Shown here: one piece after another, positions 10,975-22,512 of the stretch | Layout of the letters: every line of letters starts with the position of its first letter | Numbering within the stretch: position 1 is the first letter of the stretch | NCBI GenBank assembly: GCA_030704615.1 | Contig: CM060732.1 | Location: 22,506,001-22,570,000 of the forward strand | From: Takakia lepidozioides | Lineage: Eukaryota > Plantae > Bryophyta | DNA: 64,000 nt | Direction: 5' to 3' | Translations under genes and position numbers: made by a program | The notes under the pieces: model-generated | Database searches by the model: none | What the model was told of the DNA's origin: nothing | What the model saw: the letters and a program-made list of their open reading frames with translations, nothing else

Positions 10975-11325
10975 GATAGAAAGACTCTTTAACACACTGT
11001 TGACACAAAACATGGAAACCAAAATCATCACTCTTTGAAATAGAAGTCGAGCCAGGGGCACCCCAAGCTATGGGGACTCCACCCCACAACAACCTACACT
11101 CCCATCATAAACACACACAGCTTCTAAACGCAGGAAGGAGCTCGGTCGCGCAGGCTCAACTCGAGAGAGATGAGCCGCGCGACTGTCGCTCTCGTGAAGA
11201 TAAGACAGACCAGGTGTCAAACTAAACTTGACACCTGATTTAACACTTGACCTAAATCCAAGTGTTAAATACAAATAACTAGTTTTATTCTAGCTGTTTT
11301 CACACTGTGCTTATTTAACTTGACA
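10974..11325 (-). repeat. Long terminal repeat L (352 bp), 5' end of element
   Basis: Identical by eye to 572-923; ends TGACA followed by TGGG. Confidence 0.95.
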
Positions 11326-11581
11326 TGGGATTTTCGAAAGCCTGTCCAACGAACAGTCCGCTGGACAGGAGAAAGGCAATGACGGGGTGGAAGCGGAGCA
11401 TGATAGTCAAGGACAGACGACGATAGTGATGATTTTCAAGATTAGTAGAATTTTAATGAACTCTCTGTACATTTAAATTTTCTTCCAGAGTATATAAAGC
11501 AAATTCTCCCCGTCCTTCATGTCCCATCTCCCATGTGCTTCTCAACGACACCATCGTCCAAACCACGTCCCTCCCAAAATC

Positions 11582-12620
11582 GGAAATGCGGCACCGCATT
11601 TCCATGTCGGAACGGAAATGTGGCAACTGCAAAAACCTCGTTTGGAAATGCGGCAAGAACAATTTTCTGTTTCATGGTTTGGACATCATAAACTGTTCGG
11701 CCGAACGGTAATGCGGTGCCGCATTTCCGTTTTTGACACGGCAATTTTGCCGATTGTCAACTCCTTCCATGGAGGTAAATGGAAATGTCACCCCTCATGC
11801 GGAGGTCGTACACATTATTTACATGGCGGACATGTAAATGCGATACCGCATTTCCATTTTGGAAATGGACGTTTTTTCCAACTCCAGACCCATGGACGGA
11901 AATGCGGCACCGCATTCCATTGTCCAATAAGAAATTATGATGACGTACTGGAAATGCGGCGCCGCATTTCCAGAACGGACATCGGTGTTTGTCCAATTCC
12001 AGACCCTTGGACGGAAATGCGGCACCGCATTCCATTGTCCAATAAGAAATTTTGATGATGTACATGGAAATGCGGCACCGCATTCCATTGTCCAATACGA
12101 AATTTTGATGACGGACATGGAAATGCGGTGCCGCATTTCCAGAACGGACATCTCTGATTGTCCAATTCCAGACCCTTCGACCGAAATGCGGCACCGCATT
12201 CCATTGTCCAATACGAAATTTTGATGACGGACATGGAAATGCGGTGCCGCATTTCTAGAACGGACATCTCCAATTCCAGACCCTTCGACGAAAATGCGGC
12301 ACCGCATTCCATCGTGCTGGACGGAAATGCGGCACCACATTCCATTGTCCAATAAGAAATTTTGATGACGGAAATGGAAATGCGGGGGGGGGGTGGCCGC
12401 ATTCCAGAACGGACATGGAAATGCATTGGCGATGGACATGTTTGGACAATTCAAGGTCCAATATGGAAATGCGGTGCCGCATTTCCAATTCGAAGTATGG
12501 TAATGCCATTTCCAGAAATGAAATGCGGAACAGAATTTCCGTTACGACCACAAGGGAGGAAAGGGAGCTGCCAGAAATCGCTGCATGGAGAGAAATGAAA
12601 TGCGGTGCCGCATTTCCGTG
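11582..12620. repeat. Array of about 17 palindromes GGAAATGCGG-NN-CCGCATTTCC, mostly 53 or 63 bp apart
   Basis: Motif positions include 11899, 11951, 12014, 12067, 12120, 12183, 12236. Confidence 0.9.
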
Positions 12621-13058
12621 CTTGGGCATGTACATGTTTCCTTTTACTCATACATGGATTTCCTTCACCTCAGGACTCTGAATCGCTGACTCTGATATAT
12701 TATGTGGACAGACAAATTGTAGACAAGACCACAAATTGTAAACAGGGGCCAATACAGCAGTTCTTGAACACAATGAAACACAACAACAGAAGAAGTAAGG
12801 TACGATGGGTTGTTTTATTGATCGAACATGGTGTCTCACATTTAGAACTCCAGACAAATCTAAAGCCCTTCCGCCTTCTACATGGGCGTCACCAAGTCGA
12901 CGGAACTCGATAGCCCTCAAAAACAAGCCTATATTGACCCGACACATCCAGGTATAAACTGCAAACTCGGCGTTCGGTCTGCCCTGGTGGAGCTGACGAC
13001 AATGTCATGCCCAGCAATGCTAGCCACCATCATACATTGCAAGCTCCACCGTGGGGCC

Positions 13059-16000
13059 TCAGGTGGCCCGTGCGATTCGTCTTCGCAACTTAGCGAAGTT
13101 TCTCCAGCACGGAAAGAGCGGAGTGAACTTCCAGAATATAGTTTTCCAAACTGGGTACACTGCAGCCGTGGCAGCAGTTCCAGTGCCAAAGCGAGGCGTG
13201 CGTGATCTGTCCAACATCCCATTCCAGCTTGGTATATCGAGGTCAACAATTTTCAGGACCCACGGACCGCATTGTTCTTCGCTCTCACCTCGTTCAAAGC
13301 GGTAATAGCCCTCCAAATATTCCAAATACGCTTGATTCAAGAAGCGTCAGTGAAAACAGAGAGCCAGACAATGATGTCTCCTGATTCTGGTTTGAACATA
13401 GCATAATCATGGCCATGATAAGGGCAATCAGCAGGATTGAAGCGGCACGGCATCCTTGAAAAAGAGTAGCGGAGTACGCTCAATGACAGCAACTCCCGGA
13501 TGGAGGAGGGGCAGCGCCCGGGGCTGGAGAAGTTCAAGGACATGACAATGTGTTGCAAACGCTGCAATTCCTCCTAACACTCCAGGGCACATTTAAATTT
13601 CCCCCTACAGGAACCTTCACGGATGGATGAAGATTGGCTGCTCCATGAATGTAGCCGTTTCAGTTTCCTTCCGTGCCATGCAAACTATGGGCAAATTTGC
13701 ATACATGTTCCACATATGAGGTCCAGCACTCTGCCCTCCAGGTCAGTGCATGTCCCCATAATTGTCTGGATGAAGGCAGGGCTCCGAGTCCGTGAATACC
13801 GCAGGGGATCCATTGAAGTGAGACTATGGGGAGGAGTTCCGGGGGAAACGTGTTGAACAGGACGTCGTAATCGATGGGGTCGCAGTCGGGTCAGCCAACA
13901 ATCCATCCTTCCGGAAAGCAAAGGTCGAGTTCTCCTTCACAAAGCAGTATGCATCGAACTGCTTCGTCTGCATACACAGTGGGGAATGATTAGAAATCAA
14001 ACGGGGCACCACATTTCAAAACACGTTACAAAATGAAAGGACGATTGCTAATGTCCTAATTACCTTCTTCCCTTCCGACCGAAGGCCCAATGTGTTGATG
14101 CGCGTCCACTTCTTCTTCAGAATTGGACGGCGTTCTGCTGGGTCCACTTCGCAATTCCTGTCTCCGTGTTTTTGCCTCTGCTCCAGGACAACCACACAGC
14201 CTCTGTCGTCCAAAAACAAGCGGGGCGAGCCCGAATCCTTTTTCCAAAAGTCCTCGGAGTACCTGTTCCAAGATGGCAAAACCTTGCAGTCCTTCCACAG
14301 GCTCTCCATCCGGAAAGCAAGATGATCATATCGCAAGACCACTCTGTGGCTTTTCCGCCCCTCCTGCATTACTTCCTGCACACACTTCTCAAAGAACGAG
14401 ACCCATCTTCAGAAAAATAGGGGTGTCGGAAGGCTATGCTTCAGCTGCCTTCTTCAGTGCTCTGCCCTTCAGACCCTCCATGGTCTTGATGTATGCAAAC
14501 TTGGCTGCCGTCCGTCCAGACGCCGCCAAGAAAACTCTCATTGACACACTGAACTATGTTTTGGCTCCACTTTCGGCCTCTCATTTCCACCGGCTTGAAA
14601 GGGTGCCCCCCGGGGGGTTGAAGAGTGCCTCTTGGCTGAGCTGTTCTCGTCCTCTCGTGAAACACGGTGGGCACAGGGATTTCGGCTGCGTTCGGGGGGT
14701 GGGCTGGTTGCAAAGTCTCCATCGTCGTCCTCTTCGTCACCCTCTTCCTGCTCTTTCTGTTTTTGCTTCTTTGTCTTCTTCGGTGTCACAACTGCTACTC
14801 CTTGCTGGCGAGTCCTCTTCTTCGACCCCTTCTGTTGAGCCTGCACAGCTAAATCCACCATCTTATGTGCCATCTCAGCTGCCTTTCTGGATTGTTTGAG
14901 AGCAGCAGCGTCCTTTGCCGACTCGGGCCCAACAGGGACACGTCTTTCCTTTCTCTTCTCCTCCGCTTTCGCGTGCAGATCTTTCTCCGATTCGTCAACA
15001 AGTCCGCCAGACATGTCCAGGTAACACGGGCATCCAACGAGATGCGCGGCATGCCATTGTTTCTGCACCTCTGGTAGGTAGACCAAGCTTGGTCCCGGCA
15101 TGGTCCAAGCCATGAAAAACGGGGGCTCTTGCGCCAGGGCCCCTGTCTTAAGTAACACGTATTTCATATACCTGCAAGACAGTCAACATGCGTGAGCACA
15201 AGTTATGAGAATGTACTCACAGAGTGCAACCAAAACGATAAAGTGCGAATGTGGTGCCGCATTTCCCAGACTAACCTCATAACCCAGCTTTTGCATACAA
15301 CGGGAGCTGGGCTTCACTTGTACACAATTTGCATTGCAGCTTTTCCCGCCCCCTCCTGGTGTGTAAACTCCACGCTCCTTCTTGCTGTCTGCAGCTCCCT
15401 GGCGAAGAGGTTGTCCTTGTACGCACATCTGAAACGTGTCACGTAGTCTTCCAATGTCTGTGTTCCATCCCATTTTACGTACAAGCCGAACGAATCACTA
15501 TGGATTACGACTTGCTCCTTTGCATTCGTCATTACTTGCGTTTCCAACATGCATTGTCACGTAGGAGTTCACGGAATTCATTCCAGCAAAGCAAATCGGG
15601 GGAAGTACCTTGAATTACCTGGAACCACCAAGTCATGCGGTTGAGCCACACATCCACTGCAGGGTCAGAAACTTCGAGTGGAAAAGACCACATGGTCCTT
15701 ATACTCTCCGATGCATTCCAGATCGACAGCCACCGTGTCTGCCATTTCCGATCCAATGTCAGGAGCAGAAGAAGAGTGGCTATTGCTAGGAAGGAAGTGC
15801 ATTGAAACCTCACCTTCTCTTTCGCCTCCACACATGCCGTTGACAGGTGATGCAGTTTCTCCAACTGCATGGTCGGCTGCATGGCCCGAGAATATTGTTT
15901 TGCAATCTTGGGGATGAAGTCCTTTCCAAGTGTCGGATCTGCAATGGCCACCAGCTTTGAAAGCTTTGACTTGTATTTGGTTCTAGACTTGACCCCGACT

Positions 16001-17709
16001 TCCTTCAAGTGCTCGGTCAATGACTGCAATGTTTTTGTCTGCCCCTCACTTTCCATGAAGAAGCGTTTGGCATGGGCCAAATCCAGCTTGATGTTTGACT
16101 ACCAAGAAAAACATGCAGAAACATTACATAGGATCCATGTGGAAAGATGACTAGAAATTGGGGAAGGATGAGCAGAGGAAAATGGGAGGATGACTTCGTA
16201 TATCACCTCCACCATTCCATCCATAGTGAGGCGATACCATGTCCGGTCTGTTTTTGCTAGGGCTTTTTGAATGAGCTCGGGCTCCAGCATTTCGGCGAAC
16301 ATGTGCGGGTCAGTGAGACCAGTTTTCCTCACCCTGTACAGCATATGTACCATGTGGGTATGCACGTAAGCATTTTCAGTGACCCTGCAAGGCACACTCT
16401 CCAGTTCAGTCCAATGAAGCACGGAAAGAAAAATGATTGGAAACCGAAATGCGGCACAACATTTCGGATGTGCTTGGGAGGGTATGAGAATCTTACGAGT
16501 TGAGGTCCGCCATGGCATTCTTGAGCAGGGAGGAGTCTGCCGCCTTCACCTTGAGGATGACACACTCCACCATGTAATGCCAGCCAATATGCTTGGAATG
16601 GTTCTGCTTGATGTACTCCCACCAGGCAAGAAGTCGGTGATTCCCGTCCCACACAAAAAACATTTTGCCCAACATATGGCCGAAGTCTGGATCACCCTTC
16701 AGCATTGTCTCGAATTCGTCATTGCGAGTGTGCCAGTGGGTATCCCATGCTGACAATTCATGCGCAGCGGGTCCACGAGTTTCGCCGTCCTCATTCTCAA
16801 TGGAAACGTAGAAGGCTGGCGAACCTAGGCGGTACCCTTCTCAAAATGCGAAGTTGAGCTTATCCCCATCTCCTGGAAGAGCGTGCCTGACGATGGGAAG
16901 GGATACCATGCAACAGAGTGGAATTCGAAGAGTCCGCTGGAATACCCTGCTGCCCAGAATTCTGCCAATGCTATTGTGTGTCTCCTCCAACATTGTATCC
17001 ACTGCACTTTGGAATTCCTCCGGAGACATTTCTGCAGGTGGCAGTAGGGGTTGAGCAGCTGGAGCATCCCCAACAACAGCTGAAGTCTGGGGAGTCTTTG
17101 CGGACAATTCTCGAATTGCAGAGGACTCCTCCGGGCCTGCAACATTCTGAAGGTCTTCCTGAAAGATGGTGAAGTGCTGCTGCGAACGTTGAGCAGCAGC
17201 ACCCTCCTCCGCTGACAGATCCACAAAATTGGTTGATCCCATTGCCTTCGCTGCAACAGAGAAGCCCCCAACATCACTTGGCTGGAAATCAAGCAGGAAC
17301 TGGGCTTCAGCTCGTGGAATCGGTTTTGCGGGAGACTGCTCCAACCTCCCCCTGTTTGCTTCATTCTCTTGGGGGGGGAGGAAACGGCCTAATCCGGTTC
17401 AGAAACCAGTTCAAGGACGGGTTGCTTCTTCTTCGTCTTTGCTGGAGAAGGGCCCGACTCCTGCTGGCGATTCTCCATGACCTTCAAACGTGACTGTTTC
17501 TCTGGGGCTTGGAACTGCAAAGCCTTGCCTTTCCAAACCGCGTCCTTGAAACGCACAGAGCTAGGCCCGGTAGGGAGACCCGTGCTCGTGGATCGGCTGG
17601 GTGTGCGTGCTGCAGCTAGTTCCACGGATTCTTCCTGCGGCTCTTCGGATTCCTGCGATCCCTCCACCACCTCCACCTTTCGAGTTAGGCATGCAAACAT
17701 CTTCTGCAT
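13059..17709 (-). pseudogene. Decayed intron-containing gene: ParB/Srx-like N-terminal domain and putative beta-class amino (N6-A/N4-C) DNA methyltransferase-like C-terminus
   Basis: FFVWDGNHRLLAW (DGNHR at 16634-16648); CDMIIL/FPDG...PSWN...RLFLDDRGCVVV at about 14190-14335 across frameshifts; RSPAFIQTIMGTCTDLEGRVLDLICGT (13706-13790) resembles the motif X-I SAM-binding segment. Boundaries approximate. Confidence 0.5.
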
Positions 17710-18339
17710 TCAAGTGTTCTACCATACAGTCTAAGAATTTCACAACGAAAATGAGGGAGGGTTTCGGTGCTCCATCAGCTGCACGCATCCCGATAGCACG
17801 GAGCTCTAACTGTCGGCTGGGTTGCCTGCGTTGCCTGCTGCTGCGAGATGACCATCTCCTCTTGAAGACGCATCTGCTTCCTCCCCTTCGGCATTGGCCT
17901 TCGCCCGAAGTACAACTTGCGGAGCTTGCGACGATGTCTCTTCGCTGCTGCAGGACCTTCCTCCCTCTCAGGTTGGAGCATAAGAAAAACACAGACTTGG
18001 AAAAGGGGCGAAGAGTGCAAATGGAAAGGGCGCGAGAGGGGTGAATGAGTAGACACGACAAAAGAAGATGAAACGGCGATGATGCACCGCTTGGGTTCGA
18101 AAGGCTGGGATGGAAGTGTCTCCTCGTGGACTATGCGTCATTACAAAATTCGAATCGTCAAAGGTACGCCAGCCGTCCGAAAAACAAACATCATTAAGCA
18201 ACGGTCGGGCCACGCCGCCTCTTGCCACTTCAGACAGCAAGAGCGCAGACATGAAAATGTGGTGCCGCAATTCCGTTGGTCCACGTGTTCACATATCATG
18301 GCATTTCCGTCCCAGCGTTTGATGAGTTAGAGTGAAAAC

Positions 18340-19270
18340 GCAAATGCGGCGCCGCATTTCCGTTAAGTAGCATCCCAAAGGTACACATACCTTACTTGTT
18401 GGACAGAAATGCGGCACCGCATTTCCGTTCAACAAGTAAGGTATGTGAAAGTGGAACGGAAATGCGGTACCGCATTTCCATTCTGATTGAAAATCATGAA
18501 CCACTGGAACTGAAATGCGGCACCGCATTTCCGTTCGAGTCGCACCTTCCAACATTCCAGAACGAAAATGCGGCGTCGCGTTTCCGTTTTGTATCACAGG
18601 CATGGAGCTGTGGGACGGAAATGCGGCACCGCATTTCCGTCCGGGGGAGACCTTCATACTCTCCAGAACGGAAATGCGGTACCGCATTTCCGTTCAACAA
18701 GTAAGGTATGTGAAAGTGGAACGGAAATGCGGTACCGCATTTTCGTTCTGATTGAAAATCATCAACCACTGGAACTGAAATGCGGCACCACATTTCCGTC
18801 CGAGTCGCACCTTCCGACATTCCAGAACGGAAATGCGGCGCCGCACTTCCGTTTTGGAGAGTATAATGGTTTCCCCCGGACGGAAATGATGTGCCGCATT
18901 TCCGTCGCACTACTGCATGCCTGAGATTCGGAAATGCGGAACCTCATTTCCGTCCACTAGATCCCATTGAAAGAGACCAGACGGAAATGCGGCACCACAT
19001 TTCCGTTCCTGCCTATCCAAAGTGTCCCAGTCGATGAAAATGCGCTGTTGCTATTATTTTCTACCATGTGTTCCTAGTCCCATTCGACCTAAATGCGATA
19101 CCGCATTTCCGTTCCACCATGGGCCTACTTTTACAGTGGACTGAAATGTGGTACCGCATTTCCGTTGCACCAGTATTTTGGTTTCCCTGTTGACGGAAAT
19201 GCGGTGCCGCATTTCCGATCACAATCAAGGAGAGGATGATGTCGAACTGGGATGCGGGACCGCATTCCCA
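18340..19270. repeat. Array of about 18 palindromes (ACGGAAATGCGG-NN-CCGCATTTCCGT) with a strict 53-bp period and variable spacers
   Basis: Equivalent positions 18406, 18459, 18512, 18565, 18618, 18671, 18724, 18777, 18830, 18883, (18931), 18984, 19037, 19090, 19143, 19196, 19249. Confidence 0.92.
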
Positions 19271-19553
19271 TTCAGCCATGTGCAATGGGTTGCATTGTTT
19301 CGAAAGAACACAATTGCGGCCTGTCTTAATGAGCACATCTTGGTTGTCTAACCGTTTTAACTAACAGTCCTAGCACTTGTCAGTGCGAACGTTCATGTCT
19401 GCACCGCGAATACTGGTTGATCCACCCTCAGGAGAAACTGTCAAGAGATGTTATTTCGTCGCCGAATCGGCCATCATTGTCATACTTAGTGGATATGGAA
19501 TCACACCTCCCACCTTCATGCATGTAGCTTGAAACCATATTTGCCACTTCAAT

Positions 19554-20170
19554 GTGATCATCGATGGACTCCGTAGATCCCGTGAGCCTTGGTCTGTCGC
19601 TATAGTGAACATCGCACTTGCCAACTTCGTGCGGTGTTCGATGGCTCCGAATTCCTACGCTATAGTTTGCTGTCCTCCGCAACTTGGGAGAGCCTGGATC
19701 CCAAACGAGGGAGGACTTTGCAGAGTGACTGAAACTTACCTTTGTTTCAAATTCAAGCTCAAACCGGGTGTCGTGCGCATACGTATCGCTACACAACTAG
19801 GATATGACCCTCCGAGTTTGTTTTTGAAGCCACTGATGAAGGTCTGGCAAAGATTTGGTGGTCAGTACAATAGGAGTAACATTCTGCTCATTGACGACAC
19901 GGCCACAAAGTGTGTATTGAACCCGCCCGATTCGTGTCTTCTTCTCAAACCGTTCAAGTCATGGAGGCTGATTGTTGTTATCTTCATAAGGTTCTTCAGG
20001 ACTATTTGCTTGAAATGAGGAAACATCCCTTTGTTTCAAGCTATCTCAGGAAAAAGATGATAGGATATAAGCCTTATCCCGATGTTTCCAATGATCCTAA
20101 GTTTAGGCCACTCTTGGATTACATTGACGATTCTAATTTAACGAATCTCAGATATGATGCTTCAAAATAA
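19554..20170 (+). pseudogene. FCP1/SCP (NIF, HAD) phosphatase-like fragment, disrupted
   Basis: FKLKPG; FLKPLMKVW...YNRSNILLIDDTATKCVLNPPDS typical of the NIF C-terminal half; middle replaced by a retroelement end. Confidence 0.6.
19769..19799. mobile_element. 31-bp remnant of the S terminus of the split-LTR retroelement family
   Basis: TGTCGTGCGCATACGTATCGCTACACAACTA matches 486-516 at 30/31, starts at the same TG and is also preceded by GGG. Confidence 0.85.
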
Positions 20171-21809
20171 AATGATCATTAGTCAATCCCGTCTCTCTCG
20201 CAATTTCACTTTCTTCCTGGTGTCTAATTTGCATTGCCTTGTATTCACACACCGACTGAATACGGTATTCCTATTTTGTATTCAGACGAGATTGTTTAAT
20301 CTCATATATTCTCCTGTGCACACATTTGATGTTCAATTTTACGACTCACACTCTATTTCATTCCCAAGCCTAAGGGATACAGGCCTTCACTAGAATTCAT
20401 CACGGGGACATCTGGAAATCTTATAACCTCCACTGTTCAGTGGAGGTTCACCTTCCTGCAAATTGGGATTGATAACAATTTTTCTTTGGCAGGTTCAAGG
20501 AGATGCTAACGACGTCAACCCTTCATCAGGTCCCCGAATGGAATCCTCCGAATCAGCAGTGCATCATAGCATTGATAGTTTTCGGATGGTTGTAGATGAT
20601 GCCGTAATCGACGGTGGATCCTCAGCCATACACTTGGCCTCTTTGGAGTTGAACGACACTCATCTCCAGTCCTTTCCTACAATGGAAGTTCCTTTACAAG
20701 ATCCTTTTGGATTTAAAGTCCAAGGCGAATGTGAACAAGACAAATATGCAGGAGATCTGGTGGACCTCACCCAACCATCATTACCCTCCTTCTTAAGTAC
20801 CAAGGGTCTGAATTCTCCATCCAGAATGACACCGTTCGAGATATGGCCGCAGCTCCGCTGCACCTTCTTCCGCCTCTTCCTTACATCTCTCCCCAGCACG
20901 AGGGTTGGATAGCCCAAATTAGGAGAAGTTAGGTGACATAAACTTGATTTTGGCTTCTTACTCGTTCTACTTGTTTTACTTAGTTCGGGGTCTGATGTTC
21001 ATTTTTTACTCTAGGCCAAAAAATCAGCGGATTAGTGACTTTCCTGTCAAATGACGTCTGCATTGGAATTCAATTCCGAGGTAATTTCTTCATTACGTGT
21101 GCATTCGATTCAGGATGTGGAGTGCTCAAGGGATAATTTCCGTTGCCCACCTGACGTTCCCCTTGTCCTCATCCCTTCGGACAAGGATGAAACAACTGTA
21201 ACATCGTGACTTCCTGACCCTGCAGTGTTGGCACAATGTTCTGCACAAAAAAAAACAGCATAGAGCCCACAAGCCATTTCCTTCTTGTACAACAATCGTT
21301 TCCACCGGAGAGAAGGCTGACTTGAAAGACAAAGCGGACTCCGGGAAGAAAAAGACCACCTCGGACATTCTGGCGTCTCGTCAGAACATGTCTGCTGGAA
21401 TCCCCAGTTCGTCAGCGAGACATTCCAATAAGGCTACAATGGTAATATTCAATATCATTTCTCCACTTTCTTCTCTTATTTGATTGTTCGGTTATATACT
21501 AACTCTATAATTTTCTCAACAGGCGGGGATGCAACACGATACCTTCATCAATTGTCATCCTTACAAGACCGACGTCAATGAACCTTCACTTGACAGCCGA
21601 CGTTCCTCTTTTGGTGATCTCTTCTTCGCTATATCTTCTCTCCTCCGAAAGCATTTCCAAGCCCGCATGACATACACGTTTCCGGCAAGGTAGACATCAT
21701 TGTGCATTTCCGATACACTAAATCTTTCTGCGTAATGTAATGTAGATGACAAAAACACTAACATGTTTGTGATGAAATTGCTCAATTTTGTCTCTCAACC
21801 TTTGTCTGC

Positions 21810-22512
21810 CACAACGGTGAAGAGGAAATGGATGTTGTTAATATTGAGTGTCAACGGATTCATCTGCTACCGGTCACCTCCAACCGGCGGTGAACTATTT
21901 AAGGAGAGATTTCGTTTCAGGAAAGTGACAGTTCAAGTTCCCGACAGACCTTTTGTGGTACCCCGGCCAGGAGTCTTGGAGTTTCATAACCTTGCATTGA
22001 TGCATTTTCACGTGGCGATTTGGTCATGCGCTGAACAAGGTGTTCTTTGAAGTTTGTAGGATGTTGGAGTGCTTCGTTCCGACGAAAAGTGCGAAGAAGT
22101 TTTGTTTTATCTGGTCAGCTGAGGATTGCAAGGATACTACCGGCTACATCATGCCCGGGATGAAATATCTCGTTAAGGATATTCGGAGTGTTCTTGCCAA
22201 GTTCCTGGGAGACTGTTTGCAACACAGGGTCAAATACTTCTTGTGGATGATGAACCATCAAATGGCTTGCCAAACCCACAAAATACTGAATTCTTCCATT
22301 TCTCATTCAAGCCATCACCAAAGGGCTTGGGGGACCAGGATGATATGACAAAGGCACTGTGGCCATATATATCGGAGATGGCTGGTGCTTCAACAATCGT
22401 TGATTACATCAGTGAGAATCATGCAAAATGTTTTCATAAGCCTATTGGTCGCGACCATGCCTATTGGGCTTGGTATGGAAGATATGTTCATCCTCGTGTT
22501 TGGATCCCATAA
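21810..22512 (+). pseudogene. Second NIF/FCP1-like phosphatase domain, degenerate
   Basis: LLILSVNGFI (DxD motif lost), VVPRPGVLEF...HFHVAIWS, FCFIWSAEDC, YLVKDI, DDEPSNGLPNPQN; stop and frameshifts. Confidence 0.65.

Larger units (their letters stand above)
486..11325 (-). mobile_element. Ty3/gypsy-type retrotransposon with split (circularly permuted) LTRs, C5-DNA methyltransferase and PHD-finger integrase; defective copy
   Basis: Ends TGTC...GACA; TGGG at 482-485 and 11326-11329; repeat order S(486-570) L(572-923) gc S(926-1010) internal L(10974-11325); gag-PR-MTase-RT-IN order on the minus strand. Confidence 0.92.

Noticed and set aside
486-11325. DIRS/PAT/Ngaro tyrosine-recombinase retroelement
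   Set aside because: The repeat layout fits, but no YR motifs were seen; it has a protease, gypsy RT, DDE integrase, TG..CA ends and a TSD.
572-11325. Ordinary LTR element bounded by the two 352-bp repeats
   Set aside because: No TSD at these limits, no PPT next to 923, and the target ORF is restored only with the 486 boundary.
11453-12681. Repetitive ORFs (MRCRIS/KCGTAF/NAAPHF), also at 18289-19351
   Set aside because: Translations of the palindromic repeat in all frames, not proteins.
18340-19270. CRISPR array
   Set aside because: Eukaryotic context, no cas genes, degenerate repeats, and spacers that recur and invert; reported as a phased palindrome array instead.
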